IMG/VR virus record: IMGVR_UViG_3300021088_000015
Span: 1 to 53,462 of that record
Strand: one strand, 5' to 3'
From: a virus
Taxonomy: Duplodnaviria > Caudoviricetes
DNA length: 53,462 bases
The notes beneath the pieces were generated by a model that worked only from the letters and a program-made list of their open reading frames with translations, was not told the DNA's origin and did no database searches. Shown here piece by piece: positions 1 to 9,359 of the stretch (position 1 is the stretch's first letter; the number at the start of each line of letters is the position of its first letter). The position numbers were made by a program, and so were the translations under genes.

Positions 1-137
1 GAATGGACACTGGCGGGGAGTCCATTCCGCCGTTACCGCCCGCGAAATTGCCGATCCAGACCGGGCCACCGCCCGTACCGACGGACAGGGCCATGGTCGC
101 GAGCTGCGGGAACGTGTCGATGGACGCGATCCAGCAC
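1..137 (+). repeat. Terminal direct repeat, left copy (assembly circularity overlap)
   Basis: Identical to 53326-53462 except T at position 11 vs G at 53336. Confidence 0.95.
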
Positions 138-1126
138 GCCCGGCCGAGGCTGGTGGGGAGCATGCGGGAGTACATCTTGACGAGGTTCTCCCAGACGATT
201 GTCTGGGTCGGCTGGCCGGTTTCGATGGGGACCTGGACGGCGACCGGGGAATTGATATATCCCAACGGTTCGCCGACGCCGGTTCCCGTCAAAAATGCGA
301 CATCTTCAAACCAGGAGATGGCCCGGGGGAAAGTGCTGCCGAAAAAGCCCGCAAAGGCCGGGGCGTCCTGCAGCAGCTCGTTCGGGACTTCCGCGTAGGC
401 GGTCAATTTCCGGGCGTCCAGAACAACGCGGCCGAATGACGCCTGCGATTCGGTCAAACCCGCAGCTTCCTCGGTCCAATACCCGACGACGCCACCGAGG
501 ATGGAGCCCTGGTGGGAGGTGTCGTCGATCATCGGGATCGGCACACGCAGTGACGACATGGGGATGACGGTGGCGCGGGGGCGCACGATCGCGGTCTCCA
601 GGGCGACCTGCAGGATCTCCGAGCGGAGGATCTCCGGGATGAGGAACCCGCCGTCGCCGGGGATCTCCGACCCGTAGGAGTTCATGACCTCGGTGAGCTT
701 GGCGAGCTTCGGCGCGAGCGCACCGAAATCCTTGAGGCGGTCGGCCTTGTGCCAGGTCGCCCTGAAGAATTCGGTCGCGTCCTCGAAGATGCCGTCAGCG
801 GCGGCGCCGGGGGCGTGCCGGTTGTACAGCGACCCGGACGGCAGCCCCTTGATCTCCGGGCGCTGGTTGTGCGCGGGCCCGTTGGACAGGTCCACCGGCG
901 GCTTCGCATTGGACCCGTTGTCCCGCAGGTACTCCGCCAGGACGAGCTGCATCTGCTCGCGGGCCTGGGCGTTCATCTCGCCGCGGTCGGCCACCCTGAG
1001 CGCGTCGGCGTAGCCCTGGATGAAGTCGCCGAAGTTGGCCTTGTCGGCCCACAGCTCCTTGAGCTTGTCTCCGTCGTTCAGGACCTCGGCCAGTCCCGCC
1101 GGGGAGTCGGGGATGGTGATCGTCAT
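1..1126 (-). CDS. Major capsid protein, HK97-like (5' part; continues across the junction to 53063)
   Basis: AAGGAGG RBS then ATG at 1126 (MTITIPDSPAGL...); GGFLIPE and WTEE motifs; in frame with ORF 53063..53419, about 462 aa in total; follows protease gene. Confidence 0.9.
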   Translation of the reverse strand, partial: MTITIPDSPAGLAEVLNDGDKLKELWADKANFGDFIQGYADALRVADRGEMNAQAREQMQLVLAEYLRDNGSNAKPPVDLSNGPAHNQRPEIKGLPSGSLYNRHAPGAAADGIFEDATEFFRATWHKADRLKDFGALAPKLAKLTEVMNSYGSEIPGDGGFLIPEILRSEILQVALETAIVRPRATVIPMSSLRVPIPMIDDTSHQGSILGGVVGYWTEEAAGLTESQASFGRVVLDARKLTAYAEVPNELLQDAPAFAGFFGSTFPRAISWFEDVAFLTGTGVGEPLGYINSPVAVQVPIETGQPTQTIVWENLVKMYSRMLPTSLGRACWIASIDTFPQLATMALSVGTGGGPVWIGNFAGGNGGMDSPPVSI

Positions 1127-1142
1127 GTCGCCTCCTTGGCGG

Positions 1143-2435
1143 TCACTGGAGCCACGCCGGGAACGGCGCGGGTTCGTCGTTGAGCCAGGCCGGGAACGGC
1201 GCGGCATGATCGTGGGCGCCGCCGTCGTGGCCGGCGTCATGCCCGCCGTCGTGGGCGCCGTCGTTCAGGTGGGCCTGCAGGTGGGAGCGGACCCCGGCGC
1301 GGTCGGCGTCGGGGATGTTCGCCCCGTCCAACCTGGCGAGACCGTTACGGCAGGCGTTCAGGTTCGCCGCGCCGCCCTCGGTGGCGTGGTGCGGGAACTT
1401 GTAGTCGCGCTTGAGGCCGTCGCCGTCCCCGTGCGGCGCCGCGGCCGAGTCGGCCGACTGCCACGCATGGCAGTACTTCAGCACCGCGGCGTCCTGCGGC
1501 ATGGCGGCCACCGCCGCGGGCCCGTCCCACTTGGTGTGGACGACCGCGGTGTGATGCACCGGCAGCGCCTTGGCCTCCAACGGCATCGTCTCGACGCCGA
1601 GCACCGGCCCCCCTGTGTGGCCGGTCGGGTGGTCGTGGTCGTGGTCGGCATCGCCGTCGTGGGTGTGCTCGTGCTCGTGGGTGGCGTCGTCGCCCTGATC
1701 GTCGCCCGTGGCGTGCCGGTGGGTGTGGGTGCCCGTGAACGGGCCATGGCCCGCCGCTGGTGTCGCCGCAGCGGCCAGGCGGGGCGCGTGCTCGTACGCG
1801 GACAAGTCGAAGCGGGCCATCGCCGCCAGCGCATCGTCGGCCGGGCGCTCAGCGACACGGTCCACCAGCCCCGCGGCCAGAGCCTCGTCGGCGGTGTACC
1901 ACGTTTCGGTCCGCATGGCGTCCCGCCACCCGTCGGCCTGCCCGCTGTGCCGTGCGTAGATGCTGGCCAGGTTGTCGGAGACCTTGTCGAGCAGGCCGGC
2001 GAGTTCACGCATGTCGTTGGCGTTGCCCATGCAGACGCCTGCCGCGTCGTGGATCATGAGCATCGCCCCGGGCGCCACGACCCGGGTCTTGCCGGCCTGG
2101 GCGATGAACGACGCGGCTGAGGCGGCGAGGCCGTCGATGACCGTGGTGACGTTCCCGGGGCGCTGCGCCAGCGAGTTGTAGATCGCCAACCCATCGAAGA
2201 CGTCGCCGCCCGGCGAGTTGATGTGGACCTCGAGGTCACCGACGATGCCGGCGAGCTCGGCGACGAAGTCGACGGCGGAGACGCCGCCGAACAGCCAGCT
2301 GCCGCCGATCTCGTCGTAGATGTCGACACGGGTCGGGCCGCCGGCGTCGTTGCGGATCACCCGGTACCAGCTGCTCTTGGGCTGCTGTACCAGGTTGGTC
2401 AGGCGGCGCATCGACCTTTGCATCGCATCCATCAC
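1143..2435 (-). CDS. ClpP-type prohead protease with His/Asp-rich C-terminal extension
   Basis: INSPGGDV, DGLAASAAS, MLMIH and ETWYTA motifs of peptidase S14; lies between portal and capsid. Confidence 0.92.
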   Translation of the reverse strand: MMDAMQRSMRRLTNLVQQPKSSWYRVIRNDAGGPTRVDIYDEIGGSWLFGGVSAVDFVAELAGIVGDLEVHINSPGGDVFDGLAIYNSLAQRPGNVTTVIDGLAASAASFIAQAGKTRVVAPGAMLMIHDAAGVCMGNANDMRELAGLLDKVSDNLASIYARHSGQADGWRDAMRTETWYTADEALAAGLVDRVAERPADDALAAMARFDLSAYEHAPRLAAAATPAAGHGPFTGTHTHRHATGDDQGDDATHEHEHTHDGDADHDHDHPTGHTGGPVLGVETMPLEAKALPVHHTAVVHTKWDGPAAVAAMPQDAAVLKYCHAWQSADSAAAPHGDGDGLKRDYKFPHHATEGGAANLNACRNGLARLDGANIPDADRAGVRSHLQAHLNDGAHDGGHDAGHDGGAHDHAAPFPAWLNDEPAPFPAWLQ

Positions 2436-3796
2436 GCGCTCACCAGGTTCCAGGCGGCCAACCGCTGGGCCATCAACGCCTCCAGGGCTTCAGGGACGGG
2501 TGCCGGGGCCGGGCCTTCCTCGGGCGGGGGCGGTACCGGCACCCACCCGGGCGGCAGCGCGGGTTCCTGTGTCGCCTTCTCCGCCACGCCCATGTCGGGC
2601 AGGCCCACGGTCTCGAGCACGTCGGCCGGGTCGTATCCGGCGGCCACGAGCGCCGCCGCCGCCTCGCTCTTGTTCTTGAGCTCCAGGGCATCGGCCTCCC
2701 TGTTTCCGGTGACGGGGTCGTCGAAGTCGAGCTCGACGCCCTCGCCCGTTGACCCGAAGAGCGGCAGATAAGAGCAGGCGAGGGTGTCTTTCCACCGGTC
2801 CAGCCGGTCCATGATCAGGAACGATTCGAAGTGTTCCTGGGCGGTCTGGGCGTTGGCGCGGTTGACGTCCTCGACGCTGCCGAGGATCGCCTTGTGCATC
2901 GCGAACGCCTCACGGATCACGTCCCTGGACAGGCCACGCAGGTTCGCGAAGTCCATGTCGCGGACGGTGTGAGCGTTCGGCACCCAAGTCGCGCCCTGCT
3001 CCAGGACGGCGACGCGGTGCGCGGCGGCGACCCCCCGGTGTGTCTCCCGCCACCGGTTCGTGAGCTCGTTCCACTCGTCGTCCTGCAACCTTTTGTCGAC
3101 CTGGATGACGCCGCCGGGGGTGGCGCTGTTGAGGAAGTAGTTCCTGTTCCAGGACGCGCTGTACTTGGCGGCGTCGATGTCGATCAGGACGCTCTGGATG
3201 GGGCCGAGCCCGTGGTAGGGGTCGAACGGGTTCGGGTACTTGATCATGATCACGTCGTTGGGCAGGAGCGGCACCAGCTCACCGTTGGGGCCCCTGTAGA
3301 CGTAACCGGCCAGGTACTTCTCGCGGTCCGGGACCGGCTCCATCCGGTCCGGGCGGACCGGCCACAACCCGATCGGGAAGCTGGCGCGCGGGTCGCGCTG
3401 GATGACCAGGTAGGCCTCGCCGGTGAGGTCGAGGTAGGTCTGGGACAGCTCCCGCAGCGCGAACCCGGACATGAACGGGTTCGGCTTGTTCCACACGGCC
3501 AGCGCGAGGTGCTTGATGACCTCGGTGCGCTGGTCGGAGCCCTTGTCGCCGGTGGTGTAGCGGCGGCGCCCGTCCTGGGGTTGCTCCCGGTACATGCGCC
3601 ATTGCTTCTTGGCGGTCTGGCGGGCGAGCATCGACACGATCGAGAAGACGGTGCCTGAGGCGCCGTAGGCGCGCATGTACCCTTCGGGGTCGCTGTTGCC
3701 GCCGCCGGACAGGCTGGTGAGGGAGTGGTTGCCGCCGCTGTAGGGGACGGGCGAGGCGGGGGCCTTGGCGAGGATCTTCCCGATCAAACTTGGCAT
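2432..3796 (-). CDS. Portal protein (HK97-family)
   Basis: PNPFMSG, LTGEAY, YHGLGPI, NSATPGG motifs; 454 aa; position upstream of protease. Confidence 0.93.
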   Translation of the reverse strand: MPSLIGKILAKAPASPVPYSGGNHSLTSLSGGGNSDPEGYMRAYGASGTVFSIVSMLARQTAKKQWRMYREQPQDGRRRYTTGDKGSDQRTEVIKHLALAVWNKPNPFMSGFALRELSQTYLDLTGEAYLVIQRDPRASFPIGLWPVRPDRMEPVPDREKYLAGYVYRGPNGELVPLLPNDVIMIKYPNPFDPYHGLGPIQSVLIDIDAAKYSASWNRNYFLNSATPGGVIQVDKRLQDDEWNELTNRWRETHRGVAAAHRVAVLEQGATWVPNAHTVRDMDFANLRGLSRDVIREAFAMHKAILGSVEDVNRANAQTAQEHFESFLIMDRLDRWKDTLACSYLPLFGSTGEGVELDFDDPVTGNREADALELKNKSEAAAALVAAGYDPADVLETVGLPDMGVAEKATQEPALPPGWVPVPPPPEEGPAPAPVPEALEALMAQRLAAWNLVSA

Positions 3797-4002
3797 CAGA
3801 CGGCCCGCAGCACGGAGATGTCGGTACCGCCCTCGAATACCAGGATCTTCGTCGGCTCCGGTATCGCCGCGCGGATCCGGTTGCCGAGCTCCTCGAATTC
3901 CTCATCGTTCAAGCGGGTGGGCACTTTCACGATCAGCATGTCGCCGGGCCCGAGCGCCAGGCGCTCCACCTCGGTGACCGCGAGCAGCTCCGCGCCGGTC
4001 AT
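3796..4002 (-). CDS. Hypothetical protein (68 aa)
   Basis: ATGA-coupled to upstream gene and TGATG-coupled to portal; MTGAELLAVTEVERLALGPGD... Confidence 0.65.
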   Translation of the reverse strand: MTGAELLAVTEVERLALGPGDMLIVKVPTRLNDEEFEELGNRIRAAIPEPTKILVFEGGTDISVLRAV

Positions 4003-4238
4003 TCGAGCTTCCAGTCCAGCAACAGCACCGTCAGGCCCGTGACGACCCACCCAGCGATGGTGTGCGCGTGGAACGCGCCGACATCCACGCAGCCCAAGCC
4101 CGCGATGGTCAGGGCGCTGCCGGACAGGCGGGCGGCGACGGCCTTGGCATGCTCGGCGGTCTGGCGTGCGGCCAGGGCGACGATGCCGGGGACGCGGAGG
4201 CGCCTGCCTGGGATCGCACCGGTACCGATGGCCGCCAT
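3999..4238 (-). CDS. Small membrane protein preceding portal
   Basis: Two hydrophobic C-terminal segments; typical position. Confidence 0.7.
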   Translation of the reverse strand: MAAIGTGAIPGRRLRVPGIVALAARQTAEHAKAVAARLSGSALTIAGLGCVDVGAFHAHTIAGWVVTGLTVLLLDWKLE

Positions 4239-4273
4239 GCCGCAAATCGTACGCCCTAAAAGGGCAGATTCAA
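4239..4273 (-). promoter_or_regulatory. Putative leaderless promoter for portal/head operon with palindrome in spacer
   Basis: Minus strand TTGAAT-16nt-TACGAT-7nt-ATG(4238); spacer contains GCCCT-TTT-AGGGC palindrome. Confidence 0.45.
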
Positions 4274-4292
4274 CAGATCTTCCCGTTTACAC

Positions 4293-4589
4293 GTGGTGAA
4301 ACAGGAGAATCTTCGGCCCCGGCCTTCCGCCGGTAGGATTCGATCACCGCCGACCACCACCCCGAAAGGGCCACCGCCGATCGCCGCCCCGACCCTGCTC
4401 GACCGGTTCGCGGGCCTGATCGACGAACCCGAGCCCGCCCGCACCCTGCGCGGCATGCTCCTCGTCATCGCCGAACACGTGGAACGGCACGGGCGGGACT
4501 GCCCGCAACGCACGGCGGCCGTGGACTTGCTCGCCGAAGCGGCCGACCTTGGGTGCGAGGCGGTTCAGCAACTCTCAACTCTGAGTTGA
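4293..4589 (+). CDS. Hypothetical protein antisense to the late operon
   Basis: Fills a gap between minus-strand genes; phage-like codon usage; start uncertain. Confidence 0.5.
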   Translation: MVKQENLRPRPSAGRIRSPPTTTPKGPPPIAAPTLLDRFAGLIDEPEPARTLRGMLLVIAEHVERHGRDCPQRTAAVDLLAEAADLGCEAVQQLSTLS

Positions 4590-4614
4590 TAGTTCGCCGA
4601 CGGGACTCAACCGC

Positions 4615-4941
4615 TCAGTAGTCGTCGCGCTCCGACAGGTCCACCCCGGCGACCCAGGACCCCACCCGCAACCGCGCACCGTCCACCCTCGCCCGCCACC
4701 ACCACCGGAACCGCAAGCGCCGCGACAAGGGCACGGGCGGGCGGGTGTCGGGAATCAGGCCCTCGTTCATGAGGATCTCTTCGCTGACCGGCATCACGTG
4801 GCCGAACTTGGTGACCGTCAGCGCGGGCATGTTCATGCCGGACAACGGGGGCGGGAGTACCGTCGCGCGCCCGACCACCGGCGCGGGCTCGCCGAGCTTG
4901 GCGGCGAGATCTTCGCTGATCTTGCGCCAGAACTCGTCCAT
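4615..4941 (-). CDS. Hypothetical protein
   Basis: 108-aa ORF directly after TerL. Confidence 0.65.
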   Translation of the reverse strand: MDEFWRKISEDLAAKLGEPAPVVGRATVLPPPLSGMNMPALTVTKFGHVMPVSEEILMNEGLIPDTRPPVPLSRRLRFRWWWRARVDGARLRVGSWVAGVDLSERDDY

Positions 4942-4945
4942 CCGG

Positions 4946-6334
4946 TCAGCCTAGCCAGCGCATGCGCGGGGTGCGGCCCAGATCCTTGTGGGCCACCAGA
5001 TACCGGCCACCATCACACCCGTGATCATCGACCTTCAGCGGCTCCTCCTTCAGATCACCGCCCGGCTTCACCGCCCAGACGTATCCCGGGATCTCCTCCG
5101 ACGTGCACGCCGGCTTCTTGGCGTCCACGAGCGCCTGGTCCCGCTCGACCACCGAATCCCGCATGATCACCAGCCGGGGCCTGCCGTCACCGGCGACCTT
5201 CAGGCGGGCGTCGAACGCCTGGATGCCCTCCGTCACCGCCTTGTGCGCCGGCGTCGTCGACAGGCCCGTATGCCGCTCCAGAGTTGCGCGGCCTTCGGCG
5301 TCGTGGTCGCACACCACCGCGCGCGGCCGCGGCTCGGTCCACCGGCGGCGGCCGGCCTGGACCGCGAGAAGGATGTCCTTGCCTTCGACCTGGGCGACGC
5401 CCGGCGTGGGTTCGGTGACCAGCTGCAGGATCTGCGCGGCGTGGTCCTCCACCAGGCGCCGCGTCATGTAGATCTCGCGGTACATGATGAGCCGGCCATC
5501 AGGGTCTTCCGCCCAGAACTGGCAGACGAAGGGGTTGGTGTAGCCAAAGTCAATCGCCCAGAACCGCGGGTAATGGTCGGGGATCGGGTGCCGGTCGATC
5601 AGGTGTACGGCCGGGTCCCACTGCTCGTAGATGACGCCGTCGGCACTTGCCCACCGGCCGTCTCGGTATCGCATGCGGCGGATGCCGCTGAGCGCATCGA
5701 GCTTCGCCATGTAGTCGACACCGCGCGGCGTCAGCGTGCCGTCCGACCGCACGTAGGCGGGGTTGTCTTCATGGCGAGACAGCAGCCTGACCACACGGCC
5801 TGAGTTGGCTCGCTGATTAAGCCAATGTTGCGGGTGCGCCGGGTTGCAGGCTGCTATTTGCTGTTGCCAAGGCAGCTTTCCGTGGCGCAAGCGGGTTCCG
5901 AGAATCTCCCAGTCCGTCTCGGTGAGCTCAGTTGCTTCGTCGCAAAAAATGAGGTCCCACTCGGAGCTCAAAACTTTCTCGGGTTTGTCCATTCCTCCGA
6001 CGACAATGCGGGACCCGTTGCTGTACCTATATCCCGGCGCTTCGCGGGGTGACCCACCGAACCAGCGCACGATCCTGCTGGCCAGGGAGGCGGCGATCAC
6101 CTGCTGTTCGAACGTCACCAAGGTGGTTGATCCGAGGCTGACCGCGGTCTTCCGTACGATCAGGCAGCGGATGCCGGGGTGTTGCAGGGCGGCCAAGTGC
6201 AAACGGTACAAAGCGGCCAGGGATTTCCCCGTACCAGCTGGGCCATCGAGAAGAACCTCAGATGATCTTGTTTGAAATAGCTGCTGGGCCGCCCCTCTGG
6301 GTTCGTACCGTACGACCGTTTCGGTGGCGGTCAT
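4946..6334 (-). CDS. terL: Terminase large subunit
   Basis: Walker A GPAGTGKS, Walker B FCDEATE, ACNP motif, nuclease AIDFGYTNP and DDHGCDGGRY. Confidence 0.93.
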   Translation of the reverse strand: MTATETVVRYEPRGAAQQLFQTRSSEVLLDGPAGTGKSLAALYRLHLAALQHPGIRCLIVRKTAVSLGSTTLVTFEQQVIAASLASRIVRWFGGSPREAPGYRYSNGSRIVVGGMDKPEKVLSSEWDLIFCDEATELTETDWEILGTRLRHGKLPWQQQIAACNPAHPQHWLNQRANSGRVVRLLSRHEDNPAYVRSDGTLTPRGVDYMAKLDALSGIRRMRYRDGRWASADGVIYEQWDPAVHLIDRHPIPDHYPRFWAIDFGYTNPFVCQFWAEDPDGRLIMYREIYMTRRLVEDHAAQILQLVTEPTPGVAQVEGKDILLAVQAGRRRWTEPRPRAVVCDHDAEGRATLERHTGLSTTPAHKAVTEGIQAFDARLKVAGDGRPRLVIMRDSVVERDQALVDAKKPACTSEEIPGYVWAVKPGGDLKEEPLKVDDHGCDGGRYLVAHKDLGRTPRMRWLG

Positions 6335-6663
6335 CGGCCGTGCGGGTCGTCGTAGATCTGCCCGTCGCGGCGCAGCCATTCCTGCGACTCGTGCCGCTCA
6401 ACGTCGAACAGCGCGCTCTGTAGCCATTTGGCGAACAGGTCCTCGTCGCGCTGCTCGGCGATGTACGGCGGGACCGTGGTGTTGAACCGCAATCGGTCGG
6501 TGCGGGTGGGGTCGCGGCTGTCGGCCGCCGGGTAGACGACGGTGAGGTGGAAGAGATCGCCCACGAACGGGGCCGACGGCTGGATCGTCAACGACCAGCC
6601 GGGCCGGTAGGTGTAGCGGTCGAGCTGCTGGCGGAGCCACGGCAGGGATGTCCGGTCGATCAC
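6331..6663 (-). CDS. Hypothetical protein (YRPGW...VERHESQEW)
   Basis: GTGA/ATGA coupling to neighbours. Confidence 0.65.
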   Translation of the reverse strand: MIDRTSLPWLRQQLDRYTYRPGWSLTIQPSAPFVGDLFHLTVVYPAADSRDPTRTDRLRFNTTVPPYIAEQRDEDLFAKWLQSALFDVERHESQEWLRRDGQIYDDPHGR

Positions 6664-6899
6664 GGCGCCAGCTCCGTGACACTGACGGGCTCCATCAGCG
6701 GGTCGTCCCATGCGACCCGGTCGGCCTTCCATTGGGCGACGCAAGCGGCGGACATGGGGAGCACGTTCCCGTTCTGGAGTTCCACGAGGTGGGTTGCTTC
6801 CTCGTGCACGTCGGGGTTGTGCATCACGCAGCGGCGCTCCGTGGCCATGCGGGCGTTGACGTCGGCGACATTGCGGGCGTGAAGTGCTTCGATGCTCAC
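6660..6899 (-). CDS. Hypothetical protein
   Basis: 4-bp overlaps with both neighbours. Confidence 0.55.
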   Translation of the reverse strand: MSIEALHARNVADVNARMATERRCVMHNPDVHEEATHLVELQNGNVLPMSAACVAQWKADRVAWDDPLMEPVSVTELAP

Positions 6900-7087
6900 G
6901 GCGCCGGCTCCCGCCAGAACGGGAACCGGCCCGCGATCCGCGTCTCTTTCCACAGGTACCCCCGGAACCATTCCGGGTCGTGGCGGATCGCGCGGTGCAG
7001 GAAGTCACGGAACGCCTGGGGGTGGCCGTCGAGGTAGGCGCGGATCTGCTCGTCGGCCGGGACCTGGGCGGCCTGCAGGTCGCTCAT
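6896..7087 (-). CDS. Hypothetical protein
   Basis: MSDLQAAQVP...; coupled overlaps. Confidence 0.55.
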   Translation of the reverse strand: MSDLQAAQVPADEQIRAYLDGHPQAFRDFLHRAIRHDPEWFRGYLWKETRIAGRFPFWREPAP

Positions 7088-7275
7088 ACGCACGAACCCA
7101 GGATCGTGTGCGGGATGGCCGATGCGCCGTAGCGGTGATACGTCCGGAACGCCTGGAAGCCGAGGTCGGGCGCCACGAAGCCGAACTGGGTCGGCAGCTC
7201 CCAGCCGGTGCGGACGGCCCCGTCCGGGCCGATGATCGCGGTCGGCTCGATGGTCTCGCTCATGGGGTCCATCAT
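7084..7275 (-). CDS. Hypothetical protein
   Basis: 63-aa ORF; coupled overlaps. Confidence 0.5.
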   Translation of the reverse strand: MMDPMSETIEPTAIIGPDGAVRTGWELPTQFGFVAPDLGFQAFRTYHRYGASAIPHTILGSCV

Positions 7276-7844
7276 CCCCGCCCCTCGATGATCGCCACGA
7301 TCTTCTCCGCCAGCCCATTGGGCTCCAGGTCCGACCGGTAGGCCAGGACCGCGATCGCGTCGAGCTTGCCGGCCAGCCGCTTGACCACCGCCCCGTCGCG
7401 CAGCTCCTTGATGTGCTGCTCGGCTTCCTTGAGCCGTTCGGCGTGCAGCTGCATGAGGCAGGCGTGCGCGGCATCGCCTTGCGCCTGGATGCGGGCGGCG
7501 ACCTCAAGGCGCTTCTGCGCGGTCGCGGTGTTCCACCGGTAGATCCACTGCCCGGGTGTGCTGCACACGGTCCGCGGGTCGACGTCGTGGGGTTCCTCGC
7601 CCACGCGGAGCCGTTCGATCTCGGCGGCCTGTTCGGCGAGCTGCAAGCTCATGGATTCGTTCACAACCGGCCCTTCGCATGGCTGAAGTTCGTGCGGCAT
7701 CCCCTCCGGTGACCCGGACCCGTCGGCGTACCGGTCGTGCGGGGCGAGCGAGCCGTCTGCCCGCTGTTCCACGAACCGCAGGCACTTGGGGTTGGGGCAC
7801 TGCACCCCTGCCGGGGCCCAGTGCGGTGTCTCAGAGCTGGTCAA
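7272..7844 (-). CDS. Hypothetical protein with N-terminal Cys/His motif and coiled coil
   Basis: CPNPKC...H...C; helical C-terminus. Confidence 0.6.
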   Translation of the reverse strand: MTSSETPHWAPAGVQCPNPKCLRFVEQRADGSLAPHDRYADGSGSPEGMPHELQPCEGPVVNESMSLQLAEQAAEIERLRVGEEPHDVDPRTVCSTPGQWIYRWNTATAQKRLEVAARIQAQGDAAHACLMQLHAERLKEAEQHIKELRDGAVVKRLAGKLDAIAVLAYRSDLEPNGLAEKIVAIIEGRG

Positions 7845-8334
7845 CGGCTACTCCGATGATCTCGTAGGTCACGCCACCGGACACGCTGACCTTCTGCTCG
7901 GCGTCCAGGCCCAAGAGCTTTGCCCGCCGTTCGGCGATCTTCAGCAGGGTCCCGAGCGCCTTCAACCGGACCTCCGGCGCGGCAGGGACCTCCGCCTCCG
8001 TATCCGGGTCGGTGGTCGTGGCCTCCAGGATGCCGAGCGACACCTCCCACATCGAATCCAGCCGCTCGAGCTCCAGCGCCTTGACGTCCGGGCCGGCTTC
8101 GGCGCGGATGGCGTCCAGGGCGCGGTGTACGGCTTCGTAGGCGGTGGACACGCTGATGTCCAGGCGGGTGGCGATGGCCCGGTAGGACATGCCTCGGCTG
8201 CGCAGGCGTGCGGCTTCGGCGTCGCGCTGGGCGGTTTCGATGGTGGCGACGAATCCGCCGTCGGGGCCGCGGGTTCGCGTCGCTTGCCGTTCGGGTGGGT
8301 CGTCGGAACGTATGGCGGGTAGCTGGTCGCTCAT
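7831..8334 (-). CDS. terS: Probable terminase small subunit (HTH)
   Basis: LRSRGMSYRAIATRLDISVSTAY HTH, LELERLD and RRAKLLGLDA motifs; upstream of TerL. Confidence 0.7.
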   Translation of the reverse strand: MSDQLPAIRSDDPPERQATRTRGPDGGFVATIETAQRDAEAARLRSRGMSYRAIATRLDISVSTAYEAVHRALDAIRAEAGPDVKALELERLDSMWEVSLGILEATTTDPDTEAEVPAAPEVRLKALGTLLKIAERRAKLLGLDAEQKVSVSGGVTYEIIGVAVDQL

Positions 8335-8423
8335 CCCATCCACCTCAGGAGCAGCACGAACCCGGCGACGATGCCGATGACGGCGATGAACGCGGCGAGC
8401 TGTTCCCGGTCCTGCTGGCTCAT
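8331..8423 (-). CDS. Single-TM micropeptide (30 aa)
   Basis: MSQQDREQLAAFIAVIGIVAGFVLLLRWMG; ATGA overlaps on both sides. Confidence 0.5.
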   Translation of the reverse strand: MSQQDREQLAAFIAVIGIVAGFVLLLRWMG

Positions 8424-8863
8424 CCGGTCCCACCTCGGGCGACCTTGGCGGCGAAGGCCATCGGCTCCCCTGTGATCCACAAGCACCCCTCGTCGTCGGG
8501 GTGGCTGCCGCGCTCGTGGACAGCCCATGTGCGGGCCGTCGCGGTGCCGAGCGCGCTGCGTTCGGCCTCGGTGGCCACGAGGTCGCCGCCGAAGATGTGG
8601 TGCTCGCGCAGGGCGTCGAGTGCGCCGTCCAGGGTGGCGCACACCGCGACCCGGGTGCGCCCGTCGACGGGGTTCTCCTCGAACCAGATCGCCTCGGCGA
8701 CGTAGACCTCAGCCGTCACCTGCTCCCGCACCATGGCCTCATGGGTGGGCAGCACTGCGGCGAGGATCTGGCGGAAGGCGCCCTCGGGGTCATAGTCAGC
8801 GGCGATCTCCGCCGCACGCCGGAACGCGTCCACCAGCTCGCCGGGGACCTCGCTGGGCTTCAT
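8420..8863 (-). CDS. Hypothetical protein
   Basis: GGAAGG RBS; coupled overlaps. Confidence 0.6.
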   Translation of the reverse strand: MKPSEVPGELVDAFRRAAEIAADYDPEGAFRQILAAVLPTHEAMVREQVTAEVYVAEAIWFEENPVDGRTRVAVCATLDGALDALREHHIFGGDLVATEAERSALGTATARTWAVHERGSHPDDEGCLWITGEPMAFAAKVARGGTG

Positions 8864-9012
8864 CGGCCTTCCTTCCGTGCTCGGTCGTGGATGTCCTGGC
8901 ATTCCTTCGCGTACGCCTTGCGGTCGGCCCGCTTGTACTGCCGGTACCACCACCACTGGGCGATCGGCCACTCCCACCAGTCGAGGAGGCTGGCCAGCGT
9001 GCGGCGCATCAT
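8860..9012 (-). CDS. Small Trp-rich hypothetical protein
   Basis: Coupled overlaps. Confidence 0.5.
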   Translation of the reverse strand: MMRRTLASLLDWWEWPIAQWWWYRQYKRADRKAYAKECQDIHDRARKEGR

Positions 9013-9359
9013 CCGAGCCGCCCAGCGATGACGCCGATGCCCCACACCAGCCAGGTGATGACGCCCATGCCGATCGCCCAGTAGACGGCCCGGGCGAGTG
9101 CCCTCCAGAGCGGGTCTGCTCCGCGCTGCCGTACGGGCCGGGGCTTGGGTGCTTCACGCGTGGTCATGTGCTGGTCGCCTCGCAGCGGTGGGATGTAGGG
9201 CACTTCGCGCCGGATCCGGCGCTCCTTGGGCTTGGGCTCGGGGTTCGAGCATGCGGTGAGGTCGCCGTCGCCGTGCTCCCAGGGGCGGCCCTTGAACAGC
9301 CAGATCTCGTGGTTGCAGTTCTTGCAGCATCCGCCCTTGAGGAATTCCGCCTTGATCAT
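9009..9359 (-). CDS. Hypothetical protein with Cys motif and C-terminal TM helix
   Basis: CKNC...WEH...C; hydrophobic tail; AAGGAG RBS. Confidence 0.55.
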   Translation of the reverse strand: MIKAEFLKGGCCKNCNHEIWLFKGRPWEHGDGDLTACSNPEPKPKERRIRREVPYIPPLRGDQHMTTREAPKPRPVRQRGADPLWRALARAVYWAIGMGVITWLVWGIGVIAGRLG

